Positions 37,493 through 47,739 of a DNA stretch of 64,000 bases are shown piece by piece. The position numbers and the translations under genes were made by a program. The number at the start of each line of letters is the position of its first letter. Within the stretch, counting starts at the first letter, position 1. The notes beneath the pieces were generated by a model, which was not told the origin of the DNA, made no database searches, and worked only from the letters and a program-made list of their open reading frames with translations. This DNA comes from a candidate division CPR3 bacterium 4484_211 (GTDB lineage: Bacteria > Patescibacteriota > 4484-211): assembly GCA_002084955.1 (NCBI GenBank), contig MZGJ01000006.1:2027-66026 (forward strand), written 5' to 3'.

Positions 37493-38578
37493 TTACTCCC
37501 ATCTAAAGACAAGGGCTGCGAGAATGAAGCCGCCTATGGCCCACAGTGTTAGGGGAATAAGGTCGGATTTAATATCCACTAGACTGGCGTTCTCTATCAT
37601 TATCTGCCGAAGGGCGTGAGCCAGGTAGGTTAATGGCAGGTAGTCGGTTAGTCTCTGCAGCCAAGACGGGAACATATCTCTGGGAAAGAAAGTGCCGGAT
37701 AGGAACATCATGGGCATTTGAATGAGCTGGGCCATAGACATGGCTGTGTTGATGGTGGAAGCAATTCCGGAAACAGCAAATCCCAAGCTCAAGAAGACAA
37801 GACTTCCCAGCAGGGCAACGATAAAGGTGTAAAAAAGATTTCCGTAGATGTGGAGGTCAAATAAAAGGACCCCCATCAAGATGATAAGTCCTGCCTGGGC
37901 TAAAAGAAGAAGCAGACGAGTCGCCACCATGCTAAACAGAAAGACTGCTGGATTTAGGGGGGTAACGCGTAGTCTTCTCAGGATTCCTTTGTCTCTAAAT
38001 CTGACAATAATCACCGCCACGCCAATAATACCCAGTTGCATAATCATCATCCCTACAATTCCGGGAACTATAAAGTCCATGTAACTTAAATTTCGACTGT
38101 CAACGGATTTTTGATTAAGGGCAAAAACGGGGGGCACTTGCTTAATTTGCATGCCGAATTGAGTAAGTACTTGGTTAATTAAAAGAACGCCAGTGCCAAC
38201 CTGTTGGGAGTGTCCTTGATTATATAGAAGGTCTATGGGAATGGGATGGATGTTCTGCGTGATGGCGGCAAGGTTAATCTCAGGAGGAATGACCAAAAGC
38301 AAGTCTAGATCTCCTTTTTGAATTTTGGCGTTAAGGGTTTCGAAATCACTTTCTTCTATTTCCAGAGCTTCTACTTTTTTTAGACTTTCAACTAATTGAA
38401 TGCTGATTTCGTTGTTGGCGCGGTCGGCGATACCGAGCTTAACTGTTTCCATGCGGTCAAAATTCATGAGGCCGAAAATCCCCATGATGAATGTGGGAAT
38501 GAACAGTCCCCACATCCAGGCGTGACGGTCCCGCAGAAACATCTTAAATGAGCCGGCAAATATTGGTCTTAAAAACAT
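37493..38578 (-). CDS. ABC-2 type exporter permease
   Basis: YMDFIVPGI, GILRRLRVTPL, PMMFLSGTFFP, LPLTY. Confidence 0.92.
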   Translation of the reverse strand: MFLRPIFAGSFKMFLRDRHAWMWGLFIPTFIMGIFGLMNFDRMETVKLGIADRANNEISIQLVESLKKVEALEIEESDFETLNAKIQKGDLDLLLVIPPEINLAAITQNIHPIPIDLLYNQGHSQQVGTGVLLINQVLTQFGMQIKQVPPVFALNQKSVDSRNLSYMDFIVPGIVGMMIMQLGIIGVAVIIVRFRDKGILRRLRVTPLNPAVFLFSMVATRLLLLLAQAGLIILMGVLLFDLHIYGNLFYTFIVALLGSLVFLSLGFAVSGIASTINTAMSMAQLIQMPMMFLSGTFFPRDMFPSWLQRLTDYLPLTYLAHALRQIMIENASLVDIKSDLIPLTLWAIGGFILAALVFRWE

Positions 38579-38667
38579 GATTAAGCGCAAAATTCAAAGT
38601 TCAAATCTCAAGACTACAAGTTAAAGCGAAAAGCTTTTTGGCTTTGCACCGTGGTTTTGAGTTTTTA

Positions 38668-39432
38668 TTACTCTCTCAGTTGGCGTCCTGTTAAGTGAAG
38701 AAATACATCTTCTAAATTTGCCTGTTGGACAATCTTTTCTTTTTTAAAGCCGTTCTGTAGCAAGTTTTTGATTAGGTTGTTCGGAGTATCAATGGCGATA
38801 ATTTTCCCTTGATCCATGATGGCTACCCGGTGGCAGAGTTCTTCGGCTTCCTCCATGTAGTGAGTGGTGAGGACAATGGTGATGCCTTCCTGATTCTGGC
38901 GGCGGATTACTTCCCATAAATGATGCCGCGCCTGGGGGTCTAATCCGGTGGTGGGCTCGTCCAGAAATAAAATTTTTGGTTTATTAACCAGGGCTGCAGC
39001 AATGGAAAAGCGTTGTTTTTGCCCGCCGGAGAGATGTTTTGCCCAGGAATCAGCCTTGTCGGTAAGTTCTACTTTGGCCAGAATTTCCAGCGGGTCAATC
39101 TTTTTTTTGTAAAAACTGGCGAACAGATTTAGCAGTTCGCGCAGACTTAGAAAATCAAAAAAATAGCTTGATTGCAGCTGAACACCGATTTTTTCTTTAA
39201 TTTCGTGGCTGTGATTTTGAACGTTTAGTCCGGCCACCATAATTTCTCCTTTATCCGGCCGGCGCAGGGTTTCGATTATTTCCAGCGTGGTTGTTTTCCC
39301 CGCACCGTTGGGCCCCAAGATGCCAAAAACTTCTCCTTGAAAAACTTTAAACGAGATCCCGTTAACGGCTTTGATATGATTATAAGATTTGTGTAAATTT
39401 TTGACTTCAATAACTGAGAGATGTTTATTCAT
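38668..39432 (-). CDS. ABC exporter ATP-binding protein
   Basis: GPNGAGKTT, LSGGQKQR, FLDEPTTGLDP, TTHYMEEAE. Confidence 0.95.
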   Translation of the reverse strand: MNKHLSVIEVKNLHKSYNHIKAVNGISFKVFQGEVFGILGPNGAGKTTTLEIIETLRRPDKGEIMVAGLNVQNHSHEIKEKIGVQLQSSYFFDFLSLRELLNLFASFYKKKIDPLEILAKVELTDKADSWAKHLSGGQKQRFSIAAALVNKPKILFLDEPTTGLDPQARHHLWEVIRRQNQEGITIVLTTHYMEEAEELCHRVAIMDQGKIIAIDTPNNLIKNLLQNGFKKEKIVQQANLEDVFLHLTGRQLRE

Positions 39433-39589
39433 GGAAGTTGCACTTTTTTAGTGTACACCATACGTCAACTGAAAAAATTAGTTTCTGCTTGGTATTTTCT
39501 TGTTTTTTTGCCTCTGTCCTCGCATTTGCTGGACTGGCTTTGGAGTTTTATTTTTGTCTAGCTTGCTTCCTTCGTGGTATTATTCATGT

Positions 39590-40126
39590 ATGGCTGATCA
39601 ATCACCTAAGCCTCTACCGATTCAGTTTATTGCCCAGAATCCCAATGAGCAGGTTTACTATCTGTTTCGCAGGAACTTTGTGACCAATTTGCCGTGGATG
39701 GTGTTAATGTTTATGCTCTTAATTATCCCTTTTGTCTTTTTGCCATATAGTGAACAGTTTTCCTTTTGGACTTCTTTGTCGGAAGAGATGCAATTTATTC
39801 TCCTTCTTCTTTGGATTCTAGCTGTTTGCGGTTATGGACTAATGAATCTGGTCAGGTGGTATTTTGAGGTTTTTTTGGTTACTGATAAAAGAGTTTTGGA
39901 TATTGACATGGTGGGATTTTTGTACCGCAATGTGGCGGAGGCGCAGTTAAAGAGTATTCAGGATGTTTCCCACACTCAGGGGGGTGTTTTTCAGCTGCTG
40001 TTTAATTTTGGAAATGTGTATATTCAGACTGCCGGCACGGTGCAAAATATTGAAGTGAAGGAAGTTAGTAACCCCGGGTTGGTTCATGATATCGTAACCG
40101 ACCTGGCGAGTCAGATTGATGGATAA
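39590..40126 (+). CDS. Membrane protein with bacterial PH (bPH_2-like) domain
   Basis: Two TMs followed by VTDKRVLD, IQDVS, FNFGNVYIQTAG. Confidence 0.8.
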   Translation: MADQSPKPLPIQFIAQNPNEQVYYLFRRNFVTNLPWMVLMFMLLIIPFVFLPYSEQFSFWTSLSEEMQFILLLLWILAVCGYGLMNLVRWYFEVFLVTDKRVLDIDMVGFLYRNVAEAQLKSIQDVSHTQGGVFQLLFNFGNVYIQTAGTVQNIEVKEVSNPGLVHDIVTDLASQIDG

Positions 40127-40370
40127 TTTTCATATTCTCAATTTGTCTTGGGAAAACTTTTCTTTGGCAGGGCTTTTACCGAATGCCGAGAAAATGGTGG
40201 TGATACTGGTTATCCTCCTTTTGGCAGTATTCTCTCTTTTGGTTGCAAAACAAATTATCTTGCTGGATCAGTTCTTAAAAACTAAAATGGGTAGCTATCT
40301 TAAAGCGGCGGGTGTGTTTTACGTTTTTGCGGTTACTTCTTTGTTAATTCTGAGTATAATATTGCTCTAG
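40116..40370 (+). CDS. Small 2-TM membrane protein
   Basis: Hydrophobic; FSLLVAKQI motif; overlaps the upstream gene. Confidence 0.65.
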   Translation: MMDNFHILNLSWENFSLAGLLPNAEKMVVILVILLLAVFSLLVAKQIILLDQFLKTKMGSYLKAAGVFYVFAVTSLLILSIILL

Positions 40371-40467
40371 TGTGTAGAAAACTTGGATAGTAGGACCTAT
40401 GGCTCCGGCGTAATGGGCAAGTTCAGTCCAGCTCCGCCGTGGGACTTGGGTGTTAATCTTTAAGCTA

Positions 40468-42219
40468 ATGGATTTTACTGTTTCTGTTACCCCAGTTTCC
40501 GTTATTAATCTTGAGAAGCCTTCGGAAGAAGGAGTTTGCCGCACTTTCAGCTATCGGCCGAGAGAGCAGGAGATGCATCAATCCAGAGGTCAGTTGCATG
40601 CGCTCATTACTCTTAATTCACCCGATAAGTCTGTGGATCTAAACCTTTTGGCCGACCAGGTTTTTACCGCTCTTAGAGAGGAATATTATCAGCAAATTGA
40701 AGGGGGAATCATCGGGGCTTTAGATAGGGCTCTGTCACAGGCAAAAGAAAAAGTTTTTTTGCTCACGAGAAAACCGGGAAAGAAAGCCTCTTTGGTGGAG
40801 TTAAGCTTGTGTTTTGTGGTTGTTTGGGGGGATATTTTTTATTTTGGGCGCAGCGGAAGTGTAGAGGTGGGGCTTCTTCGGGGCGGCGAGCTGGTTTCGT
40901 TTCCTTTTACTACCATCGCCTCGGAAAAACTTAAGGATGGCGATCTTTTTATTTTAGCCAGCACTTCTTTTTGGGAAAAGCTTACTCCAAAGGGGTTGTC
41001 TGAGATTTTGCTGAATACCCCTCAAGAGGAATGGAGAGGGCAGCTTCTAAAAAGGGTTAGAGAGCTGAATGGGCGGCAATTGATGGGGGCGTTGTTGCTG
41101 AGCTCTCATGTTGAGGAAATTCCTGATGAGGAAGATCTTATTGATATTGGTATGCTAAAGGATGCAGAGCCCAGATTCCCCTGGTTAAGCTGTTACGCAA
41201 AACTGGGTCAGCTAAGGGAGGTTTTGCGTCAAAGGCTGCCCGCGACTCCCAGGATTTTTGTAAAGAAGCCAAATTTAACTGCCCGCAACCGCCGGGTTTT
41301 GCAGACTGTCGGACTGAGTGTTCTCCTAATGGTAACTGCCCTGGGGACCTATGTTTATAAGAATTACCAAAGGCAGAGGCAGGAGCAGAGTAATCTGGTA
41401 AATCAGGTAGAAAATTATTTGCAGAAAGGGCAGAAGATAAGTGATACCGATCCCCGTCAGGCGGGGGAGTATTTTCAAGAAGCGGCCGACCTTCTTTTGG
41501 AATATCAGGAGGTGAAGGGCGTTTCTATCTCTAAGATTCCTAATGGGCAGGTTCTTTCTGCGAAAATTGACGCGGCACTGAATGAGGCGTATCAAGTTTC
41601 TGAACTTGGCGTTAATAAGGCGGAGTCTTGGCCAAAGCAGGCACTGGATCGCAACTTTGTTTTTGACAAATCTCAGGGAGTTTTGTCATTTGATGGCCTA
41701 GAAGTAGTTTTGCCGACGGAAGAACCTTGGCAAAATGTTGTTGGTATGGACAGCTTTCAAACGGGATATGGGTGGAATTTATACCTTTTAGATGTCCAGG
41801 CCAATCAGATTTATAAGTATGTAGCCTTGCCTGCGGGGTATTCTAAAAAATTTGACTATTTTGGTTCCCGGGTGGAATTGTCGGAAGCTGTAGATTTGGG
41901 TATTGACGGATCGATTTATGTTTTATACCGCAATGGCCAGGTTAAAAAATTCCTGGGCGGAGTGCCGCAGGATTTCCAGTTGAGTGGATTCCATCCTTCT
42001 TTGGAGGGGGCCAGCGAGATTTTTACAGCGCCTGATATCGAGCATTTGTATATAACCAAGAGGAACTACATTTACCGTTTTGATAAAAGCGGCGCTTACC
42101 AGAAAGGGTGGGTCCTGGAGACTGAGGATAAGGTGTGGAATGTGTTCGTGGATGATGACGAGAAGGAGGTTTGGTTTGGTTCTTACGAAAGTCCATGTGT
42201 CGCCGTATTTCCGAGATAA
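40468..42219 (+). CDS. PP2C-like N-terminal fold, TM helix and extracellular beta-propeller protein
   Basis: KLKDGDLFILAS, central TM, NLYLLD..NQIYKY, IDGSIYVL. Confidence 0.7.
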   Translation: MDFTVSVTPVSVINLEKPSEEGVCRTFSYRPREQEMHQSRGQLHALITLNSPDKSVDLNLLADQVFTALREEYYQQIEGGIIGALDRALSQAKEKVFLLTRKPGKKASLVELSLCFVVVWGDIFYFGRSGSVEVGLLRGGELVSFPFTTIASEKLKDGDLFILASTSFWEKLTPKGLSEILLNTPQEEWRGQLLKRVRELNGRQLMGALLLSSHVEEIPDEEDLIDIGMLKDAEPRFPWLSCYAKLGQLREVLRQRLPATPRIFVKKPNLTARNRRVLQTVGLSVLLMVTALGTYVYKNYQRQRQEQSNLVNQVENYLQKGQKISDTDPRQAGEYFQEAADLLLEYQEVKGVSISKIPNGQVLSAKIDAALNEAYQVSELGVNKAESWPKQALDRNFVFDKSQGVLSFDGLEVVLPTEEPWQNVVGMDSFQTGYGWNLYLLDVQANQIYKYVALPAGYSKKFDYFGSRVELSEAVDLGIDGSIYVLYRNGQVKKFLGGVPQDFQLSGFHPSLEGASEIFTAPDIEHLYITKRNYIYRFDKSGAYQKGWVLETEDKVWNVFVDDDEKEVWFGSYESPCVAVFPR

Positions 42220-42269
42220 AACTTTGGTCATTAATCGTTTGAATATATGGGGTATTTGTTCCCCTTTAC

Positions 42270-42391
42270 TTGTGAACTAGAAAGCCATGTTTGTAAAGGT
42301 GTGGGTGAATGGCTTTTGGTTCGGGGTTCCGTTTCACGGGGGTGAAATTCTGTAAGAAGAACATATCCGCTGTGGGGCAGGGGAGCTTCAC
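42270..42391 (+). mobile_element. Element B, second full copy, 7 bp upstream of the smpB start
   Basis: Preceded by TTAC (42266-42269), ends GCTTCAC, colinear with the reverse complement of 21623-21747. Confidence 0.7.
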
Positions 42392-42398
42392 TTTTATC

Positions 42399-42866
42399 GT
42401 GTCTATTCTTGCTACAAACCGTAAGGCATATTATCTCTTTAAGATTCTTAAGGTTTATGAAGCAGGCATCCAGCTTGAGGGGTGGGAGGTGAAATCTATA
42501 CGGCAGGGCAGGATAAGTTTGCGGGACAGCTTTGTAAAAATTATCAATTTTGAGCCTTTTTTGATTAATGCCTACATTCCTCCCTATCAAAGGGCCCAAG
42601 GTAGCGGTGTAGATACCCGTCGACCCCGTAAGTTGCTCTTGAAGAAAAAAACTATTCTTTTTCTCAAAAATGAGCTCAGCAAAAGGCACTTGACAATGGT
42701 GCCCCTGAAAGTGTATACTAAGCGGCGGTTGTTGAAGGTGGAAATAGCTTTGGTAAAGGGAAAGAGGGGTTTTGAGAAGAGAAGGGAGGAGAAGGAGAGG
42801 AGTGTGCGCCTGCGGTTGGAGAATGATGTTGAAGAAGCGTTGGGGATGGCGTTGGGGAAAGAGTAG
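42399..42866 (+). CDS. smpB: SsrA-binding protein
   Basis: NRKA, EAGIQLEGWEVKSIR, RPRKLLL, VPLKVY, KGK; GTG start at 42399. Confidence 0.96.
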   Translation: MSILATNRKAYYLFKILKVYEAGIQLEGWEVKSIRQGRISLRDSFVKIINFEPFLINAYIPPYQRAQGSGVDTRRPRKLLLKKKTILFLKNELSKRHLTMVPLKVYTKRRLLKVEIALVKGKRGFEKRREEKERSVRLRLENDVEEALGMALGKE

Positions 42867-42944
42867 GCTTGTTTGCCCTGGCGTCGGTTGTGTTGTGGGG
42901 TGTGATTTCGCCAATGGCGGGTAGGTCTTGCCGGGTCTCTTTGT

Positions 42945-43303
42945 GGGGATGACAAGGATCGACGGAAAGGCAGCTTAAAAATTGCAAACCGAGAATGGTC
43001 TTACCTCGTAAAAATAGACCGTAAAATACACGGCAACGATTATCAGTTTGCCCCCGCTGTCGCTTTTGCGGCTTAAGCGGGCGCCGCTGTTTCTTTTTCT
43101 TAGCAAGGAAACAGGGGTGTTATATACGCTAAGAAGAGGGTAGATTGTTCAGTTATCATCTATTCCTTATCTAGTTTATAGCTGAAATTTTGGGAGAATA
43201 AGGAGTTGGCCGCTTACCCAAAATTATTTTTGGCCAACTAAGTTTGTAGAGAATTTTTAAGTTTCGTTTCCGGACGGGGGTGCAATTCCCCCCATCTCCA
43301 CCA
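42945..43303 (+). ncRNA. ssrA: tmRNA; predicted tag (A)GNDYQFAPAVAFAA at 43032-43076
   Basis: 5' GGGGATGAC..GGATCGAC; 3' GACGGGGGTGCAATTCCCCCCATCTCCACCA; tag ending AA-stop; follows smpB. Confidence 0.93.
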
Positions 43304-43464
43304 CGTAATGACACTTGACTCCATTAGGCTTTAAAATGTAATGCGGAGGGAATTCTAGTTTATTTATGCTGCGCTTATCCAAGCGGAATTCTGTGAGAGG
43401 GAATGCCCCTGCTTTCAAGGCGATGGGACCTTGTGTTCTCCATGACCTCAAAGATAATACCGAA

Positions 43465-43617
43465 TTGCCTGAGCACCGGTCTTTGGCGGCTCAATACCAA
43501 GTTCAAAGCATCCCCAATATGAAGCTTTTTAAACAGGGCCAGTTAATAAAAGAGTTCATTGGTCTGCGGCCGAAAGATGTTCTTAAGGCTGATTTGGAAG
43601 CGGCACTATCCAATTAA
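43465..43617 (+). pseudogene. C-terminal thioredoxin fragment
   Basis: LAAQYQVQSIPNMKLFKQG..FIGLRPK with no WCxxC half upstream. Confidence 0.75.
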
Positions 43618-43626
43618 TGGAAATTT

Positions 43627-44862
43627 ATGAAAAGTAAAATTTTCTCGAACATAATTAGAAGATTAACCGAAATTCAGAAAATAGCGGATTTAAGCGATAA
43701 AGAAGTTCATTTGCTTTTAACCCCTAAGAGGATTCTTAAAACTCAGCTTAAAGTCGGTAATGAAAAACTACCGGCCTGGCGGATTCTTTTTAATGATGCC
43801 CTGGGTCCCGGTAAGGGCGGTGTTAGATTTCACCCCGAGGTGTGTCAAGATGAGGTGATGTCTTTAGCTTTTTGGATGATGATTAAAGATTCTCTGGCCG
43901 GATTGCCTTATGGCGGCGCTAAAGGCGGGGTAAGGTTTGATCCCAAGAAGGCTTCCTCACAAACTCTGGAGATGGTGAGCAGGAAATTTGTGGATGCCTT
44001 TTATAAATTCCTGGGTCAGGATAAGGATATTCCAGCACCTGATGTTTACACAAATTCCCAGATTATGGCCTGGATGCTTGATGAGTACGAGAAGAAAATC
44101 GGCCGTCACCAACCGGCGATGATCACCGGCAAGCCGCTTGAGCTTCAGGGTTGCCTTTTAAGAGCTGATGCCACAGCCCGGGGCGGGTATGTTATCATCG
44201 GCGAAATGATAAAGGAATTTGGTTTAAAGAAAAAGGGTCTAAAGGTGGCGGTTCAGGGTTTTGGTAATGCGGGATCTAATCTGGCCCGAATGCTTGGCAA
44301 GAGCGGCGTTAGTCTGGTAGCGGTCAGCGACAGCCGCGGGGGTATTTTTAACAAGAATGGTTTGGATATTGATCAGGTTATACAAACCAAGACCGAGGCC
44401 GGTTCGGTTAGCGCCTATGCGGACGGAGAGAAAATTGATAATGCCTCATTGCTTAAGCTTTCTGTGGATGTGTTAGTTTTGGCGGCTTTGGAAAATCAAA
44501 TTACCCGGGAAAATGCCGATGAGGTTAAAGCTAAGTATGTGGTGGAAATTGCCAACGGACCAGTTACCTACGAGGCCGACAAAATTTTGTTTTCCAAAGG
44601 GGTCACGGTGGTTCCTGATGTTTTGGCAAACTCGGGCGGCGTTACCGTGAGTTATTTTGAATGGGCTCAAAATAGAACCGGCAATATTTTGGATAGAGAA
44701 TACTTGGAGAAGTTACTGGATAAAAAAATGTCTGCCTCTTGGGCTAAAACTCTGAGTGTTTATAAAGAGCATGGCCGGAAAATTGATCTGAGGACGGCGG
44801 CCTACCTTATCGCCATAAAAAGGATTCTTGCGGCAGAGAAATTGCGGGGAACCCTTAGGTAG
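43627..44862 (+). CDS. gdhA: Glu/Leu/Phe/Val dehydrogenase (glutamate dehydrogenase)
   Basis: GPGKGGVRF, GGAKGG, DIPAPDV, QGFGNAG, EIANGP, PDVLANSGGVTVSYFEW. Confidence 0.92.
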   Translation: MKSKIFSNIIRRLTEIQKIADLSDKEVHLLLTPKRILKTQLKVGNEKLPAWRILFNDALGPGKGGVRFHPEVCQDEVMSLAFWMMIKDSLAGLPYGGAKGGVRFDPKKASSQTLEMVSRKFVDAFYKFLGQDKDIPAPDVYTNSQIMAWMLDEYEKKIGRHQPAMITGKPLELQGCLLRADATARGGYVIIGEMIKEFGLKKKGLKVAVQGFGNAGSNLARMLGKSGVSLVAVSDSRGGIFNKNGLDIDQVIQTKTEAGSVSAYADGEKIDNASLLKLSVDVLVLAALENQITRENADEVKAKYVVEIANGPVTYEADKILFSKGVTVVPDVLANSGGVTVSYFEWAQNRTGNILDREYLEKLLDKKMSASWAKTLSVYKEHGRKIDLRTAAYLIAIKRILAAEKLRGTLR

Positions 44863-44886
44863 TAAAATTTTCAACCAACCTTACTT

Positions 44887-44919
44887 GAATCCCCGACCGT
44901 AAGGTCGAGGGAGGGGGTC
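44887..44919 (+). mobile_element. IS200/IS605-like right-end hairpin relic
   Basis: GAATCCCCGACC-GTAA-GGTCGAGGAGGGGGTCA resembles IS605-group right ends. Confidence 0.45.
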
Positions 44920-45088
44920 ATCCCTGAATTTTTTTGAATAAACGGTCAGTTTTTTGCCTAACGCTTAGTAGCCCATAGCTATACCTCCAGATATATTCAC
45001 CCAGGAACAAATAATAGAATGTTTTTAGATTATTTTTGAGGGGCATGATGCTTGGTTTAATTCAGGTCTGGAGAATTATATTCAGTCT

Positions 45089-45108
45089 ATGATAGACTAG
45101 TTTATCAT
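45089..45108. repeat. Single palindrome P, 32 bp upstream of the metal ABC ATPase start
   Basis: ATGATAGACTAGTTTATCAT (19/20). Confidence 0.9.
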
Positions 45109-45140
45109 ACCAGGCTTGATGAGTGAATCATTAAGGGAAA

Positions 45141-45830
45141 ATGCCCGAGATAATTTTGGAAGTTAAAGATTTAAATGTTGTACTGGATGGGGAAAAGATT
45201 ATTGAAGATTTGTCTTTTAGTGTGCGGCGGGGTGATGTTTTAACTGTTTTGGGACCCAATGGGGCCGGAAAAACGGTTTTGTTAAAGACTCTCTTGGGGC
45301 TTTTGCCGTACCAGGGCCGAATTTGGTGGAAAGCGGGGGTTAAGGCGGGCTATGTGCCGCAAAGATTACCTTTTATCAAAGATTTTCCCATGAGTGTGGC
45401 GGAATTTTTTGAGCTGAAAGGTGTCTCTTTACAGGAGACAAGAGACATTTTAAGTTCGGTGGGATTTGGGGGAGAAGTTTTGAACAGAAAAATAGGGCAG
45501 GTATCTTCGGGACAGTTTCAGCGGATACTCATCGCCTGGGCTCTGGCAAAAAAATCGGAAGTTTTGCTTTTTGATGAACCAACTGCTGGGGTGGACATTG
45601 GTGGTGAAGAGACTATTTATAGTTTACTAAACAAGCTGAAAATAGAGAATAAATTAACCATTCTCTTGGTAACCCACGATCTTAGTGTAGTCTCCAAGTT
45701 CTCTAATTTTGTCATCTGTTTAAATAGGAGTTCGGTTTGCCAGGGGGCTCCCAAACAGGTCTTGTCAACAGGCGCTTTGCAGAAGCTTTATGGCGACGAG
45801 GTGAAATTTTACGGACACCAGAAAGTTTAG
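45141..45830 (+). CDS. Zn/Mn ABC transporter ATPase (ZnuC-like)
   Basis: GPNGAGKT, GYVPQR, SSGQFQR, DEPTAGVD, VTHDL. Confidence 0.9.
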   Translation: MPEIILEVKDLNVVLDGEKIIEDLSFSVRRGDVLTVLGPNGAGKTVLLKTLLGLLPYQGRIWWKAGVKAGYVPQRLPFIKDFPMSVAEFFELKGVSLQETRDILSSVGFGGEVLNRKIGQVSSGQFQRILIAWALAKKSEVLLFDEPTAGVDIGGEETIYSLLNKLKIENKLTILLVTHDLSVVSKFSNFVICLNRSSVCQGAPKQVLSTGALQKLYGDEVKFYGHQKV

Positions 45831-45834
45831 AATT

Positions 45835-46599
45835 ATGAATCAGTTTCTTTTAAGTTTAATTTCGGGAATTTTTATTGGCGGCGCGGCAGGTTATTTGGGT
45901 TCCTTGATGCTTTCAAAAAGAATGGCCTTGGCGGCTGGGCCTCTTGGTCATTTAACACTGCCGGGTATTGCTCTGGCTTTAATCTATGGTTTTGATGTTT
46001 CTTTGGGAGCTTTCCCCTGTGTTATTTTGGGGATTGTTCTAATTTGGTTTCTGCAGATTAAAACTCCGCTGCCGATGGAGGCGTTGACGGCGATTGTTTT
46101 TTCTGCGGGCGTTGCCGCGGCCTTTTTGTTTTTACCTATTGCCGAAGCTGAAGAGGCTTTGGTTGGTGATATCTCTAAGGTGAGCCTAGGGGATGCGTTT
46201 TTGGCAGTTTTTTTATGTTTGACAGTTTTTTTCCTGGTTAAGAGGATTTATCCCCAGTTGATTTTGGTTAATATTTCTGAGGATCTGGCAAGGTCTGAGG
46301 GTGTTGATGTTAAGAAATACAATTTGCTTTTTTTGTTTTGCGTGGCGGTTATTGTGGCTTTGGGAGTCAAAATTGTTGGGGGATTGTTGACGGCCGCTTT
46401 GGTGGCTATTCCCGCGGCCACCAGTAGGAACTTGAGTAGGAATCTTTTCCGATACAAGTATGGATCGGTTTTTTTTGGGGGGGTTGGCTGTAGTACTGGC
46501 ATTTTTCTTTCCCGCTTTCTGCATCTTCCTGCCGGGCCGTTGATAATTCTTAGCTTGACCCTGTTTTTTCTCCTTTCTTTGAAATTCGCAAAACCTTGA
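45835..46599 (+). CDS. Zn/Mn ABC transporter permease (ZnuB-like)
   Basis: GHLTLPGIAL, EDLARSEG, KIVGGLL..IPAA. Confidence 0.88.
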   Translation: MNQFLLSLISGIFIGGAAGYLGSLMLSKRMALAAGPLGHLTLPGIALALIYGFDVSLGAFPCVILGIVLIWFLQIKTPLPMEALTAIVFSAGVAAAFLFLPIAEAEEALVGDISKVSLGDAFLAVFLCLTVFFLVKRIYPQLILVNISEDLARSEGVDVKKYNLLFLFCVAVIVALGVKIVGGLLTAALVAIPAATSRNLSRNLFRYKYGSVFFGGVGCSTGIFLSRFLHLPAGPLIILSLTLFFLLSLKFAKP

Positions 46600-46710
46600 G
46601 AGCGAAAATGCGGCATCTTGCGGGGAGGGAAGCTCTTCTTGTTGCTTTGATGTTGGGATTAGAACGAGGGAAGTGGATAATTTTGTCCTGCCTGTTGTAA
46701 AATTACCTTG

Positions 46711-47406
46711 ATGGATCTTACTAAGGTCTGGGTGGTAATTCCGGCGTATAACGAAGAATCAACTATCGGAGGGGTAATAGATAGTTTGCGGAGAGGTGGA
46801 TTTTCAAACCTGGTGGTTGTTGATGACGGAAGCACCGATCAAACTTTTAAAACGGCTCAGGGGAAAAATGTTATTGTTGTTTCTCATCCTCTTAACTGCG
46901 GTTTAGGGGCGGCGCTTTCTACCGGATTTGAATTTCTAAGAAGAAATAAGGTTGATCAGTTAGAGGCTGTGATTACCTTTGATGCTGATGGCCAGCATCA
47001 AGTGGCTGACGCTCTCAAAGTGGTAAAACCGATTCTAACGGGGAGGGCGGATTTTGTGGTGGGCAGCCGGCTGGTAAAACCCGCATCAGGAATGCCTGTT
47101 TTAAGACAACTGGGCAACTATTTGCTGAATTTTTTAATTTTGCTCTTTTTTGGGGTTAAAACCACCGATTCCCAGTCTGGTCTGCGGGCTTTATCTAAAA
47201 AAGCGCTTAAACTAATTCGGCTTAACTCTTTTGGCTATGAGGTCTCCAGTGAGTTTTTTAAAGAAGTGTCTCGGCACAAACTAGGGTATACTGAAGTGGA
47301 TATTGCATCTATATACACTAGTTATTCGCTAGGTAAAATTAAGAAACAGAGTTTTAGTGAAGCATTGTATACAATAAGAGCCTTTCTGCTTGGAAATTTG
47401 GATTAA
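46711..47406 (+). CDS. GT2 glycosyltransferase (DPM-synthase-like)
   Basis: VVIPAYNE, VVDDGSTD, TFDADGQH, DSQSGLRA. Confidence 0.92.
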   Translation: MDLTKVWVVIPAYNEESTIGGVIDSLRRGGFSNLVVVDDGSTDQTFKTAQGKNVIVVSHPLNCGLGAALSTGFEFLRRNKVDQLEAVITFDADGQHQVADALKVVKPILTGRADFVVGSRLVKPASGMPVLRQLGNYLLNFLILLFFGVKTTDSQSGLRALSKKALKLIRLNSFGYEVSSEFFKEVSRHKLGYTEVDIASIYTSYSLGKIKKQSFSEALYTIRAFLLGNLD

Positions 47407-47409
47407 AAG

Positions 47410-47739
47410 ATGATTATCTTAAAGCTTTTAATTACTCCCCTGGTTGTTTTGCTTCTGGCCCAGGTCTGGTCCGAGTTTAAGAGTTCCCGTCTGGGTCTGT
47501 TTTGGTTTTTCTTTTGGTTTATTGCCTGGCTGACGGTGGAGGTCATTTTATTTTTCCCGCAGGTTACTACTTTTTTGGCCAAGATTCTAGGCGTGGAGAG
47601 AGGTATTGACTCAATTATCTATCTTAGCATTGTGGCTCTTTTTTATCTCACCTTTCGGATTTACCTTAAAATTGAAAATCTTAATAGAAAGATTTCCAAG
47701 CTGGCGCAAAAAGATGCCCTTAAAAAAGCCGACAGATAA
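47410..47739 (+). CDS. DUF2304-like small membrane protein
   Basis: LAKILGVERGID motif; typical position after a DPM-like GT2. Confidence 0.8.
   Translation: MIILKLLITPLVVLLLAQVWSEFKSSRLGLFWFFFWFIAWLTVEVILFFPQVTTFLAKILGVERGIDSIIYLSIVALFYLTFRIYLKIENLNRKISKLAQKDALKKADR

Noticed and set aside
43280-43288. Non-canonical T-loop (TGCAATT) in tmRNA
   Set aside because: The stem and acceptor end are intact; tmRNA T-loop variants of this kind are not unusual enough to flag.
43270-43303. Prophage or integrative element at ssrA or the tRNAs
   Set aside because: No integrase, phage genes or duplicated 3' end seen in the window.
45011-45030. Possible decayed partner for the single P at 45089
   Set aside because: Only 12/20 identity in AT-rich DNA, and the period is 78 rather than 75-76.
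45089-45108. P as a Fur/Zur box for the metal ABC genes
   Set aside because: Only superficial ATGAT..ATCAT similarity; 11 other copies are not at metal-uptake genes and no Fur-family gene is in the window.
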